Of a stretch of DNA of 64,000 nucleotides, positions 12,365-24,164 are shown in pieces. The stretch lies in assembly GCA_951406725.2 (NCBI GenBank), contig OX597820.1:79856001-79920000 (forward strand), given 5' to 3'. Source of the DNA: Octopus vulgaris. Taxonomy: Eukaryota. Under the pieces are notes generated by a model, which ran no database searches, was not told where the DNA came from, and saw nothing but the letters and a program-made list of their open reading frames with translations. Both the position numbers and the translations under genes were made by a program. Every line of letters begins with the position of its first letter. Position 1 is the first letter of the stretch.

Positions 12365-12445
12365 GTGTTAACAAGAAACAAAATGAGGACAAATATCCGT
12401 CAAATGTAAATAATGTAAATAATGTAAATAATGTAAATAACTTAT

Positions 12446-13095
12446 GTACCTAAGTTTTGACATCATCTTCTTCGAAATATCCACTTTGCGCAGCAATGTA
12501 TCGGTTCCAGCGTTCCTGCCAGTTTTGGAATCCAGCTTGGAAGTCGTTTTCCGTAAGCGAGTCGAGGACCTCCTGCGATTCGCTCTTGATCTCGACAACA
12601 ATGTTAAAACGGCGACCTTTGAACTACATTTTCAGCTTGGGGGAAGAGATTGAAGTCGGCAGGTGCTAAATCTGGGGAATGGGGCAGGTACGGGAGCGAA
12701 ACCATGTTGATTTAGCAAGAAACTTAAGAATGAGGTGAGCTTGGTGACATGACACATTGCCGTCGTGAAGAATTCTTCGCGCTCCACAGATCCGGTCGCT
12801 TTCGCCGAACGTCCTCTCTCAAATGCTTCAAAACGTCGCAGTAGAACTCTTGTGTGGCGGCCTGGCCCTGGGGGACAAATTCTCGATGCACAATACCACA
12901 TTTCCAGGGATGACGGTCGTGGTAGTTCCTCCAGATAGCTCATCGTCTTCCAGGGACGTTCTCCTAGTTTTGAAGCATACGTGCCACTCGAAACCTTGCG
13001 TACAACCCATTGCCTGGTCACCGAAAGCTGGGCGAAGCATGCTCAATGTCTCTATAGCAGACTTCCCAAGTTTAACGCTGGGTGTCGTGAGAAAA
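12446..13095 (-). mobile_element. Degenerate mariner transposase fragment
   Basis: The minus strand gives VKLGKSAIETLSMLRPAFGDQAM...FEWH..FK...SLEDDELSG (mariner HTH). A frameshifted SPDLAPADF-like segment lies near 12650-12680, and the terminus reads YFEEDDVKT*. Confidence 0.85.
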
Positions 13096-14267
13096 TGTTC
13101 TTGTGAGAAATCAGAAAGTGCTGTTGGAATATTTGATCGATCATAGATATCGATTAACCTACTCATTAACAAATAAATTTTGGCGATCAAGAAATGTGAA
13201 ATCAATATTTTTTCAGCTAATAATAAAATGGTAACATTATCATGTAAATTGCAAACTGAATCTCATCTGTGGAATAAAATACTTTTGACTATATTGGTGA
13301 TTCTTAATGACTTCTTTCAAGAATCTGACCTGGTTTTGGAGTTAAAATCGGTAATGACATAGTTTTCAAAATTTTGGCAAAGGGCCAGCAATTTCTGGGG
13401 AGTGGGTAAGTCGATTACATCGACCCCAGTATTCAACTGGTACTTATTTTATCGACCCCGAAAGGATGAAAGAGGAAGTTGATCTAAGCGGAATTTGAAC
13501 TTAGAGCGTGAAGACGGACGAAATGCCGCTAAGCATTTTCCTGGCGTGCTAAAATCCCGCCAGCTTGCTGTCTTCATGACTCAAAGCCTGTTACCCAGTT
13601 TCCACGGTGTATAACTCAGGCCACAACATTACCCCTGAACGGGACGCCAGTCTATTGCAAGATTGCAAGTCTGCAATTTTGAAGAGACGCAGCAAGTCGA
13701 TTGCATCGACCCGAGTATTAACTGGTACTTTATGGAAGAAGTGCCGCTAAGCATTTTGTCCGACGTGCGAGAGCGTGCTCTCTCTCTCTCTCTCTGTAAC
13801 ATATTTATTTCAAATTTTAGCAACCTTAGAGGAATTTGAACTCAGAACGTGAAGACGGACGAAATGGCACTAAGCATTTCGTCCGGCATGTTAAAGATTC
13901 TACCAGCTCACCGCCTTTCCTTTCTGTAACATGTTAACAGCGTTTATTGATTTACGTCGTCAGGTGAAATAGTAAGTCGATTTCAGTTGACTTGGAAACC
14001 AATCATCAGATTATTATAGACCCCCACCTTACTTTAAACATATTTGAACTGTCTCTGTTTGTGATTAATTTCTCTATGCTAGGATTAACAAATGCTCCAA
14101 ATGGTTATCTGCTTTAATAGATATCTTCAAGATTATGCCAAGATTGTAGTGCAAGATACATTTTGGCACTTACGTATATTCATTAAGAACAATCGGCACC
14201 TCATATCTCGAAAATATTTATATATATTTATATACATCTATTGCAAAGACGGCGAGCTGGCAGAGAC

Positions 14268-14830
14268 GTTTGCACGCCGGGCGAAATGCTTAGCGGTATT
14301 TCACCTGCCGTTACGTTCTGAGTTCAAATTCCGCCGAGGTCGACTTTGCCTTTCATTATTTCGGGGTCGATTAAATAAGTACCAGTTACGCACTGGGGTC
14401 GATATAATCGACCTAATCCGTTTGTCTTTCCCTGTTTGTCCTCTCTGTGTTTAGACCCTTGTGGGTAGTAAAGAAATAGGTATTTCGTCTGCAGTTACGT
14501 ATTGAGTTCAGATTTCACCAAGGTCGACTTTACCTTTCACCTTTCGGGGTCGATAAATTAAGTACCAGCTACGCACTGGGGTCGATATAATCGACTTAAT
14601 CTCTTTGTCTGTCATTGTTTGTCCCCTCTAAGTTTAGCCCCTTGTGGGCAAGAAATAAATAAAAAAGAAATAAGAATAGTTAGCACTTCGGGCACATTGC
14701 TTCGTGACCTGACTCGTTACGATCTGAGTTCAAATCCTGGCGAAGTCAACTTTGTCTTTCATACCTTTTGGATCGATAAAACAAAGCACCAGTCAATTAC
14801 ACGAGATCCATATAATAGGCTTGTCTCTTC
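14268..14830 (+). mobile_element. SINE family B, multimeric copy
   Basis: Head at 14268, followed by three successive core modules. Confidence 0.82.
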
Positions 14831-16140
14831 CCACTCCAAAATTGCTGGGCGTGAACCCTGTACCTAACCGGCATCCCACCCTTGGGAATGTTTTGATTGT
14901 GGCTGTTTATATATCATGAAAACTGGGTAACCGGCCTTATGAGGTCTAGGGCTCAAGAAAAAATATTTATACAGGTGTACATACAGTCACATCTACATTG
15001 TTGCATTACTTATTTAAAAATTAATATAGATTATGCCAGTCAATCATCTTTATTTTACCCTCACAAAAAATATCCACATAAAGGCGGTTCAACCAGTCAA
15101 CAATTTCTCTGCAAATGTGTTTTATTTAATTTAGAAGCTCAAATTTGAACCTATAAACATAGGTTTGTTGATCTTAACTCAGATCTTGTTGATCTTAACT
15201 CAGGACATAGAGGAACAAACTGTAGTATATTGTTACACGAAGTAACGTTGAATAAAGTATATTCGTGTAAAGTTATATTTAACATGTTCGAGTGCATTTG
15301 GACATGTGAAGACCTTCCACTGCGGAAATAATGTTTTCACAATGTTTAAATGGAGAATTTTTCCCGAAACTATTCTCGCAGCGAAAGGTCTTAACACATC
15401 CTAATACACTTGAATGTGTTCAATATAATTTCATACGGATATATTTCATTGAACGCTGCTCAGCGCGACATTATTTATATCATTATGGCCTAGCCAGTTT
15501 TTACACACATCAACAAATATACCATACGCTGTTTTAATAAGAATAATTTCGTTGTTATCGGGCTTTCATTTGGTGTTCGTTATTGACGAAACAAAAGAAC
15601 GAAGAAATGCATTCGTTCTACGATCCAGTTTCATGATTCCAGCCTAATATATTTTCACTCATGTCTAGGAGGAGAATTTTCTGCCACAACAGTCTTCTCT
15701 CTCTCTCCCTCTCTCTCTTCCTCTTCTCTCTCTGTATGTGTACAATATCGCTCATTTAGATGTAGTATGGCAACTGTTACTTTAACATTGCACGTAAGTA
15801 GTTAACGCCGTTCCTAATATATTTACAATAACACAGAAAGAGCTATGATCGTTCAAGCAGTTATCTTTTCTGAGAGAATATACGAAATGAATTTTTATTG
15901 AATTTGTTAGTTGACCCAGAGTAGATCGATCGTCAAAAGGCAGACCAGAAAACATTCCGACAGGATTCTCACGATTTTTATCTTCTTTTACTGTATTTCT
16001 TGTACCTTTTAACTCTTATCCATTACTTTATTTCAGTCATTGGACTGCGGTCATGCTAGGGCACAGCTTTGGAAATTCTAGTCGAACAAATCCATTCTAT
16101 TTTATTGAACACTGTTATCGGGCTTTGCTTTGGTGTTATT

Positions 16141-16221
16141 GCCCAAGGGCATATGGCGTAGTAGTTAAGAGCGCGGGCTACTAACTCCAAGATTCAGAGT
16201 TCGATTCCAGACAGTGATCTG

Positions 16222-16271
<50 letters not shown>

Positions 16272-16440
16272 CAACAAGAACAACAACAACATCGGAAAAT
16301 ACTTTAGCAATGAGAACCCAGGTTCGAAATTTCCCCAAGGCACCTGATGAAGGCTGGAGGGTATATCAGCCGAAACGTTGTGTTAACAAACAATATGAGG
16401 ACAAGTATCCGTCAAATGTAAATAATGTAAATAGTGTAAA
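16141..16440 (+). mobile_element. tRNA-headed SINE-like element with a hammerhead ribozyme in its tail
   Basis: A box TGGCGTAGTAG (~16154), B box GAGTTCGATTCC (~16197) and an (AAT)n spacer. Hammerhead GGCAC CUGAUGA A GGCUG...CAGCC GAAA CG UU GUGUU at 16339-16384. Tail of AATGTAAAT repeats. Confidence 0.8.
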
Positions 16441-17619
16441 TCTACCCTAGTATTTATTCTATCGGTCTCTTGCGTCGGACCGCCAAGTTACAAAGAAGAA
16501 AGCAAACCTTCACCAATTGCCAAGCAGTGTGTGTGTGTGTGTGTGTGCGCGCGTGCGGTGATGGTAGTGAGGAGACTACACGAACAAAGACAGTTTTCGT
16601 CTGCCAGATTCAGTCAAAAGGCATCAGTCAACACGGGGCTATAATAGAAATCTCAAGTGCCGAGCAGTGGAATCGAACCCCAAATCCTGTTGTTGCAAAG
16701 CAAGCTTTTTACACCAAACGGCGACGCCAGCATCTATATGAATACATTTCATTTAAATAGAAACATAAAGAACCTTCTTTTTTAAGATTATGGTAATTGG
16801 ACATTCTAACAGCCAACGATGTCCCAGATTGGCCGAATCTCAGAGTAGACGCTTCATTGACCGCCCAAGTCCATATTGGTTTTTATATTCTTGTTTGATC
16901 ACGTTTCACTTCGGTTTCATATAAATGCAAGCATCTCAACATCAAATTTCTCCTTTTTCTTGCACTAAATAAAACAAGGAAAAAAAAAAACCGCAAGATT
17001 TCTCGTGTCACCTTGTAAATTACTGGAGAAATAAATGCAAAATTTCCTGATGCGCTTTCCACTCAACAAAAAGGAGAAAAACCTCAAGATTTCCGGAGTC
17101 ACAATGAAAAACGCTGGCGGAATGAATGCAAAGTGTTCTGCGATTCGATTTTTACAAATGCGCTTTCAGTTCAGACAGAAATAATCTGAACGCTTACCCC
17201 AAAGGTAAATTAAAAAATGAAATAAGTTCAGCAATAAAACAAAAACAATTATGGATTACGTCTGATGTGGCTGATGTAGAAAGACACACACACACACACA
17301 CGCGCGCGCGCGCATGTAAAGAAAAGCTAATAGAAAATATCCTATGATAAATTACAATTTGAAGAATATAAGAAGGAAATGATGATTTTAAGAAAGCCTT
17401 CCAAAATGGCAATTAGTAGGAACAAGATATAAGTTTTTCTTTTGATTTAGCAAAACCAATTACTAGTGAAATGGAAAACAAGTAAAATTAATTAGATGTA
17501 CATAAGAGTTCTAGTTTCTGTCGAAATATATATATTTATGTATATATATGTATATCTATGTATATCTATGTATGCTACTCCCTCTCTTTTTCTAACTCTC
17601 ACTTTCCCTCTCTCCCCAC

Positions 17620-17714
<95 letters not shown>

Positions 17715-18059
17715 CAGCATTACATTTCTATGCATATGGATGTATATGTACTTATGGCTATATATATATATGTATGCATATGTAGTACCAGTATATCTCT
17801 ATAATTATGTCTAGAGATGAATGTATGTGTATGTAAATATACTTGTCTGAATAGATACGTGTTTATATACATACAGATAAACAACTAGGCATTAGAAATT
17901 GCTTATAGAATTTTTCGAAAACATTTTTTGAACAGCCAACACTAATGGGGATTTTTTAATTATTTTCTTATTGTCTTATTTCTTATTTCCTAGCTGGCCA
18001 GTCGCTAAGATACTAGCAGGCTATGAAGTCTGGAATTCCATTGATTTGGTTCAGAGATG

Positions 18060-18580
18060 GTAGCGTGCATAGAAAGGTAAGAATGCAATACTACGTCCGG
18101 AGACAATAAAAAGTTTTCATGCAGAGCTGATGACTACGGACTCTGTGAATGATACAATAAGTGGTCGTCCAACTACGTCCCAATCAACGGAATGTTTAAT
18201 CGCAGCTCTCAAAAATCAACACGTCCAGCAGCTCGTGAAAGTTGACTTGCAAGTCACATAATACGTACGGTGCTGCATAAAGAATTGAATTTTCCTTCGA
18301 GGAAACCGCATTACGCGCAGGAGCTAAAACCTGAAGAGTGTGACCGCAGAAGTCCAGAACTCCAAGAAGTCCAGAACTCCAAGAAGTCCAGAACTCCAAG
18401 AAGTCCAGAACTCCAAGAAGTCCAGATTTCGCTTCATGTGATTTTTACCCGTGGGGTTACGCAAAAGAGGTGGTATACAATACAAAATATCGCACACTGG
18501 AGGACTTGGAGACACGGATTAAGGAGGTTCTCAATGATATCCCAGACGACATCTTTCGGAAGGTTGTTCACTTCATCCCT
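18060..18580 (+). mobile_element. Degenerate, internally deleted Tc1/mariner-superfamily transposase remnant
   Basis: SGRPTT-like motif near 18160. C-terminal VYNTKYRTLEDLETRIKEVLNDIPDD resembles DD37D/Tc1-type C-termini. Confidence 0.55.
18348..18426. repeat. 17-bp minisatellite (AGAAGTCCAGAACTCCA) x4.6
   Basis: Exact tandem copies starting at 18348, 18365, 18382, 18399 and 18416. Confidence 0.95.
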
Positions 18581-19800
18581 AGCCACTCCAGTCCACCCAC
18601 CTTCATCTCGCACATCTTCCCCAGCCTATCCTTTCCCTCCATCAAACGAGACTACAACCTGTGTGACCTCCTGACCCACAGTTTCTTCCTTAACCCCACC
18701 TCCTAGCCTAGCTCGTTTCCCTACTCCACTCACGCTGCCGTACTTGTCCCTACCTCTCCAACACCACCATCCTCGCAGGCACCCATCATTGTCCCTATCA
18801 CATTACCAACTCCTTTACCTGCACTTCTAATAACGTCATTTACTGCAGCTCCTGCTCTTTCTACCCTTTCCTGTACATCGGTCAAACAGGACACCCGCTT
18901 GGCTGACCGGTTCACGGAGCACCTCCGAAACACCAGACCCGGCAATGACAACCTGGTCTCGCGCTATTTCCGCTCTACCGATCAACATCCCTCTGTGTTC
19001 GGACTGTTTTTGCACAGGGGCCATCCGGACTCCCGCCTTAGCCGCGAACAGGAATTTTCTCTCTTCGCTCCTTTGCGTCACATGGGCTCAACGCCTCTCT
19101 TCATCTGACTCCCCTTCTCTCTTCATCTGACTCCCCTCCTCTCCTCATCTAACACCTACTTCCTCACTTCACTCCTACCTACCTCCTCTCTTCATTGATA
19201 GTACCCCACCCACCCCACCCACCTCTACCCAGCCCTAACCTCACCTACCCCATCTAACCCACCCATCCCTACTCCCACCATCTACCTCACCCCACCACAC
19301 CACTCCACATCACACCACACACTAGCACTGACCACTTCCCAACACCCACACACCACCATCCATACACCCACACAAAATCTTCAATAGCGTCACCACACAC
19401 ATCACTATATGAGCAGCCACATGTTACAGACGCACACACTTTCACACGCTCACACACACGCGTCAAAAGTCACTGGCCCTTATTCACACACACACACTTA
19501 CACATTCACACACACCATTCTCACATGCATACCATGCACACGTACCTTCATTTGGGATCACCAGTACTTTATTATCCCTCTTTCTTTCAACCGCTTCTTT
19601 CAAACATTTTTCTAATCATTCGCCATGCTTTGCCGATAAATCTGCAAGTTTTTTTTTCAATCTCTGTTTATTTTCTCTTATTTCTTTCTGTTGAAGAGCG
19701 TAGTCTCGAACGTAAAAGACTTATTCATTTTTCTGAGCGTCAAATTAATACCTCTGCTTCTTGTTCATACACCTGTCTTCGTCTTGTTTTTCTATGTTTC
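18580..19800 (+). mobile_element. Degenerate Penelope-like element 3' part (GIY-YIG endonuclease remnant plus 3' tail)
   Basis: About 18813-18925 translates FTCTSNNVIYCSSC...LYIGQTG..(fs)LADRFTEHLR. A C-rich tail follows, then a hammerhead-like motif at about 19683-19719. Confidence 0.75.
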
Positions 19801-19843
19801 AACCACACACATGCACACACGCGCGCATATACGTATAAGAATA

Positions 19844-19884
<41 letters not shown>

Positions 19885-19945
19885 GTGTGTGTGTGTGTGT
19901 GTGTGTGTATGTATATATATATATGTATGTATGTTTGTATGTGAA

Positions 19946-20270
19946 AGCGCATGGCTCAGTGGTTACAGCGTCGAGCTTAACATCATAAGGTTGTGAGTTC
20001 GATTCGTGGACCCGGCTGCGTGTTGTGCTCTTGAGCAAGACACTATTTCACGTTACTCCAGTTAACTCAGCTGTAGAAATGAGCTGCGACATACATCGCT
20101 GTATTGGCCTTTGCCTTTCCCTTGGATAACGTAAGTGGTATGGAGAGGGGAGGCTGTTATGCATGGGCGACTGCTGGTCTTCCACAAACAACCTTGTTCG
20201 GACTTGTGCCTCGGAGGGCAAATTTCTAGGTACAATCCCGTGGTCATTCATGACCGAAGGGGGTCTCCTC
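19946..20270 (+). mobile_element. tRNA-derived SINE family C, representative copy
   Basis: A box TGGCTCAGTGG, B box GAGTTCGATTC, then GTTGTG.TCTTGAGCAAGACACT..TTTCACGTT. Related copies lie at about 30690-30870 (-), 32090-32385, 40235-40440, 41165-41370 (-), 53550-53872 and 59675-59900. Confidence 0.82.
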
Positions 20271-20320
20271 CATGTACGTACGCACGTATGTATGTATGTA
20301 TGTATGTATTTATGTATGTA

Positions 20321-20356
<36 letters not shown>

Positions 20357-20385
20357 TGTATGTATGTATGTATGTATGTATGTAT

Positions 20386-20500
20386 GTACGAAGCTTGATC
20401 AACAAGTATCCGGACTGGAGCTATAGAAACAAAACTACAACACGTGCCGACATGGTATTTAATCGCCTTCAAAGTAGTCCCCTTCGGAAGCCACACACTT
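20386..20500 (-). mobile_element. Mariner 3' end with terminal inverted repeat
   Basis: TA-CGAAGCTTGATCAACAAGTATCCGGACT resembles a mariner TIR. The minus strand encodes the GDYFEGD* terminus. Confidence 0.65.
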
Positions 20501-21592
20501 ACTACCGTATATACATATACATACTCATACTGTTCACTCGAGTAAAAGCATAAAGGAAAGAAATTGAAAATGCACTTAGAGTCCTTAAGGAGAAATTTTG
20601 TATATTTACTCAACTGATTTCACATTTTCACGGTTTTCAAAATATGCGTTACCTTTTCTCAGGAGTTTCGAAGTTCGCTCCCTTTTGGGAAGAGATTACG
20701 GCTAAAATTCCCATCAGTTTGATTAGTTGAAGACCATCATGACATCACTCAAAAACTTAGATGACTTCACCGTGATGTCCTCATATTAACGTCGTGTGAT
20801 TGTATGAACGATACTTACACCAGAAGTTAAAGCTGCGAGAGTCCAGCGAATGTACCACGTGAGCATATGAATGAACAACTACGCGTCATGTAGGCGTAAT
20901 AGGTCATGTGACAGTATGGTCGATAACTGCGCCAAAAGTTAAGGCATTGATTGTGCTTTTGTGAATAACAATTTCTCACAATAGCTAAATGGTGTAGGAG
21001 ATCTAACTAAATTCTATGCCCAATTTCGTGATAATCCTCAACCAATCGAAATGTATGCTTGACGGCAAGTTGAGTCATAATCCCTTCACAAAACGGGGGT
21101 AGCTCCCAAAGTTGGTTAAGGTTACTTCTACAGATATTCCATAGAAATTATAGCCATCACCGATTTTTGCTACCAAGTTTCCTATACAAGACGTCACATA
21201 CAAACAATGAGATCGAAGAACGAAAATAGGTAATGGGCGGATATGCCCTATCTCGCGAGGTATTGTCCCTTCATAAGCACCCAGCTAACCCATTAATCAT
21301 CCTCTAACACATTACTTAAATAGCCACTGTAAACAGCGATGTTTAGTTACTGGATATACCAATTTACATATTCCTGGAGTTGATATGTAAATATTAATGA
21401 CTTGTAGGCACGTGGTATTTCGTTATGCAACCATAACATACTGTAAAGTATGTTAAAGGCTTTTTATAACTCAGCACCACGTCCTACTGCGTTAGCTGTG
21501 CTCTTTACATTATCTTGTTAAGGTTATTTCTACAGAAATTATAGCCAGCACTGATTTTTTGCTACGAAGTTTCCTGTACGAGACGTTTAGTA

Positions 21593-22095
21593 ATCTTTCC
21601 TACTGGAGGCACAAGGTCACAAACTTGTGGGGAGGGAACCAGTCGATTACATCGACCCCAGTGTTTCACTGGTACTTAATTTATCGACCCGGAAAGGATA
21701 AAGACAAAGTTGACCACCGCGGAATTTGAACTCAGAACGTAGCGACGGACGAAATACTGCTAAGCATTTCGTCCAACGTGCTAACGCTTCTGCCAGCTTG
21801 TCTTTAAAATAATCTTTTCTACACTAAGCACAAGGCCCAAAATTTTTGGAGAGGGGGGGGGCAGTCGATTAGATCGACCCCAGTACGCAACTGGTATTTA
21901 ATTTATCGACCCCGAAAGGACGAAAGGGTAAGTTGACCTCGGCGGAATTTAAAATATTCATTTCTACTCTAGGTACAAGGCCCAGAATTTTTGGAGGGGG
22001 GACCAGTCGATTAGATCGACCCCAGTACTTAATTTATCGACCCCGAAAGCATGAAAGACGAAGTCGACCTCGGCGGAATTTGAACTCAGAACGTA
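21593..22095 (-). mobile_element. Cluster of three SINE family B copies or fragments
   Basis: TTTCTACT..AGGCACAAGG...ATCGACCCCAGT repeats at about 21595, 21815 and 21961. Confidence 0.82.
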
Positions 22096-22342
22096 CGAGA
22101 CGTATAGTAATGGAAAAGTGCACTGTTAACGCAGTAGTATGTGGCATTGACTTATAAACAACATTTAATATAGTTTATAGAATATCAAGGCTGCATAACG
22201 AAATAGCACGTACCTACAAATCATTAGTCTCAAAGTTTGATCAGGGTTGAAATAAATACGGCAAAGCTCCAGATTAAATCATGAAAATGTGAAGGTCGTT
22301 TCCATGTGAGTGTGTGTGTGCATGTATAACTATGCATGTATG

Positions 22343-22400
<58 letters not shown>

Positions 22401-22692
22401 CACGCACACACACACGTATTGTTTTAATGTCAGATTCCAATAAAAACAATCTGACATTAAACTGAAGAATTATACAACATTCTTTTTGCAGACTTCATGT
22501 TTATTAAGTATTTACAAGGGCGGTGATAGTGACTTCGAAATCGGACTGTTCGACGAAGGCTATAAAGCCGAAACTTCGAAGTTACTGTCACACCTCTTAA
22601 TACGAGCTGGCCCACTCGCGATGCGCGCTATTAGTGTGTTTTTTTAAAAAATTGGATACGTATCTATTAAAACAGCATTTTTAGGAAAATAA

Positions 22693-23087
22693 TGCTTTCT
22701 GCTTTAGGCACAAGGCCTGAAATTTGGTGGAAGAGGGGGCAGTTGATTAGATCGACCCTAGTACGCAACTGGTACTTAATTTATCGAGTCCAAAAGGATG
22801 AAAGGCAAAGTCGACCTCGGCGGCATTTGAACTCAGAACGTACAGACGAAATACCTATTTCTTTACTACCAACAAGGGGTTAAACACAGAGGGGACAAAC
22901 AAGGAAAGACACACGGATTAAGTCGATTACATCGACACCAGTGCGTAACTGGTACGTATTTAATCGACCCCGAAAGGATGAAAGGCAAAGTCGACCTCGG
23001 CGGAATTTGAACTCAGAACGTAACGGCAGACGAAATACGGCTACGCATTTCGCCCGGCGTGCTAACGATTTTGGCAGCTCGCCGCTT
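22693..23087 (-). mobile_element. tRNA-derived SINE family B, representative copy
   Basis: Head GGCGAGCTGGCAGAA.CGTTAGCACGCCGGGCGAAATGC and a duplicated core GTTCTGAGTTCAAATTCCGCCGAGGTCGACTTTGCC. Related copies lie at about 9360-9540, 13365-13570, 13690-13918, 14268-14830, 21593-22095, 31130-31315, 32420-32817 and 38093-38270. Confidence 0.88.
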
Positions 23088-23392
23088 ATTTTAGGAAACC
23101 AATGTCGTCCTCAATAGAGATCTTACCCAGCAACCTAGAAGGCCAGAATATATTCCTCTCTCCTTTCTGACATTATAAATACTCGTTTCTTTTGTCAGTC
23201 ACTACACTCCCAGTTCGTTCTTAACAGTAAAACCGAAGCAGTAAGAGAGGAAGTTAACAAGATACCTTTCTTTGCGCTACTGAGGGATCCGGTTTAATAC
23301 GCGCCTTTTATTTTATTTTCTCACTCAATGGACCGTGGTCATACTGGGGCATCGCCTTGAAGGGTCTTAGTCGAACGAATCGATATTTTTTT

Positions 23393-23597
23393 CTTTTACT
23401 TGTTTCAGTCATTTGACTGCAGCCATGCTGGAGCACCGCCTTTAATCGAACAGGACTTATTCTTTGTAAGCCTAGTACTTATTCTATCGGTCTCTTTTGC
23501 CGAACCGCTAAGTTACGGGAACACACCAACATTGGTTGTCAAGACACACAGACACACAGATACAGACACACACAGACACAGACACAGACAGACAGAC

Positions 23598-23693
<96 letters not shown>

Positions 23694-23812
23694 ACATATA
23701 TATATACGACGGGCTTCTTTCAATTTCCGTCTACCAAATCCACTCACAATGCTTTGGTCGGAACCATGTGGTTGGGAAGCAAGCTTCTTACCACACAGCC
23801 ACTCCTGCGCCT
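23393..23812 (-). mobile_element. SINE family A copy
   Basis: Same head and tail, with an internal (CA)/(GACA) microsatellite. Confidence 0.85.
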
Positions 23813-24118
23813 ATATATATATGTATGGCGGTTTATTTTTTCAAAATATACGCTGATACATATGTTTTGAGTATTTGGGTAATTTGGTAGAAATAAAAAG
23901 ATAATATAGAAATAAACACATTAGTTTGGTAATCAATGAATTAAGGACACTGTTTTCTTCTTTGACCACCATTTAATATCATTTTGTGATGAATTTTTAA
24001 TGATTTTCTCGAGACCAAATTGTTTCTAATAAGCTTGGGGTACTTTGTCTGCATCGTTGCACACACTTCTGTTTTTATTCTTATACATACATGTACCTTC
24101 ATATATTAATATATCTTG

Positions 24119-24164
<46 letters not shown>

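Noticed and set aside
19946-20020. tRNA-like sequences (also about 16148, 41300 and 53550)
   Set aside because: They have A/B boxes but no intact cloverleaf and continue into shared SINE bodies. They are SINE heads, not tRNA genes.
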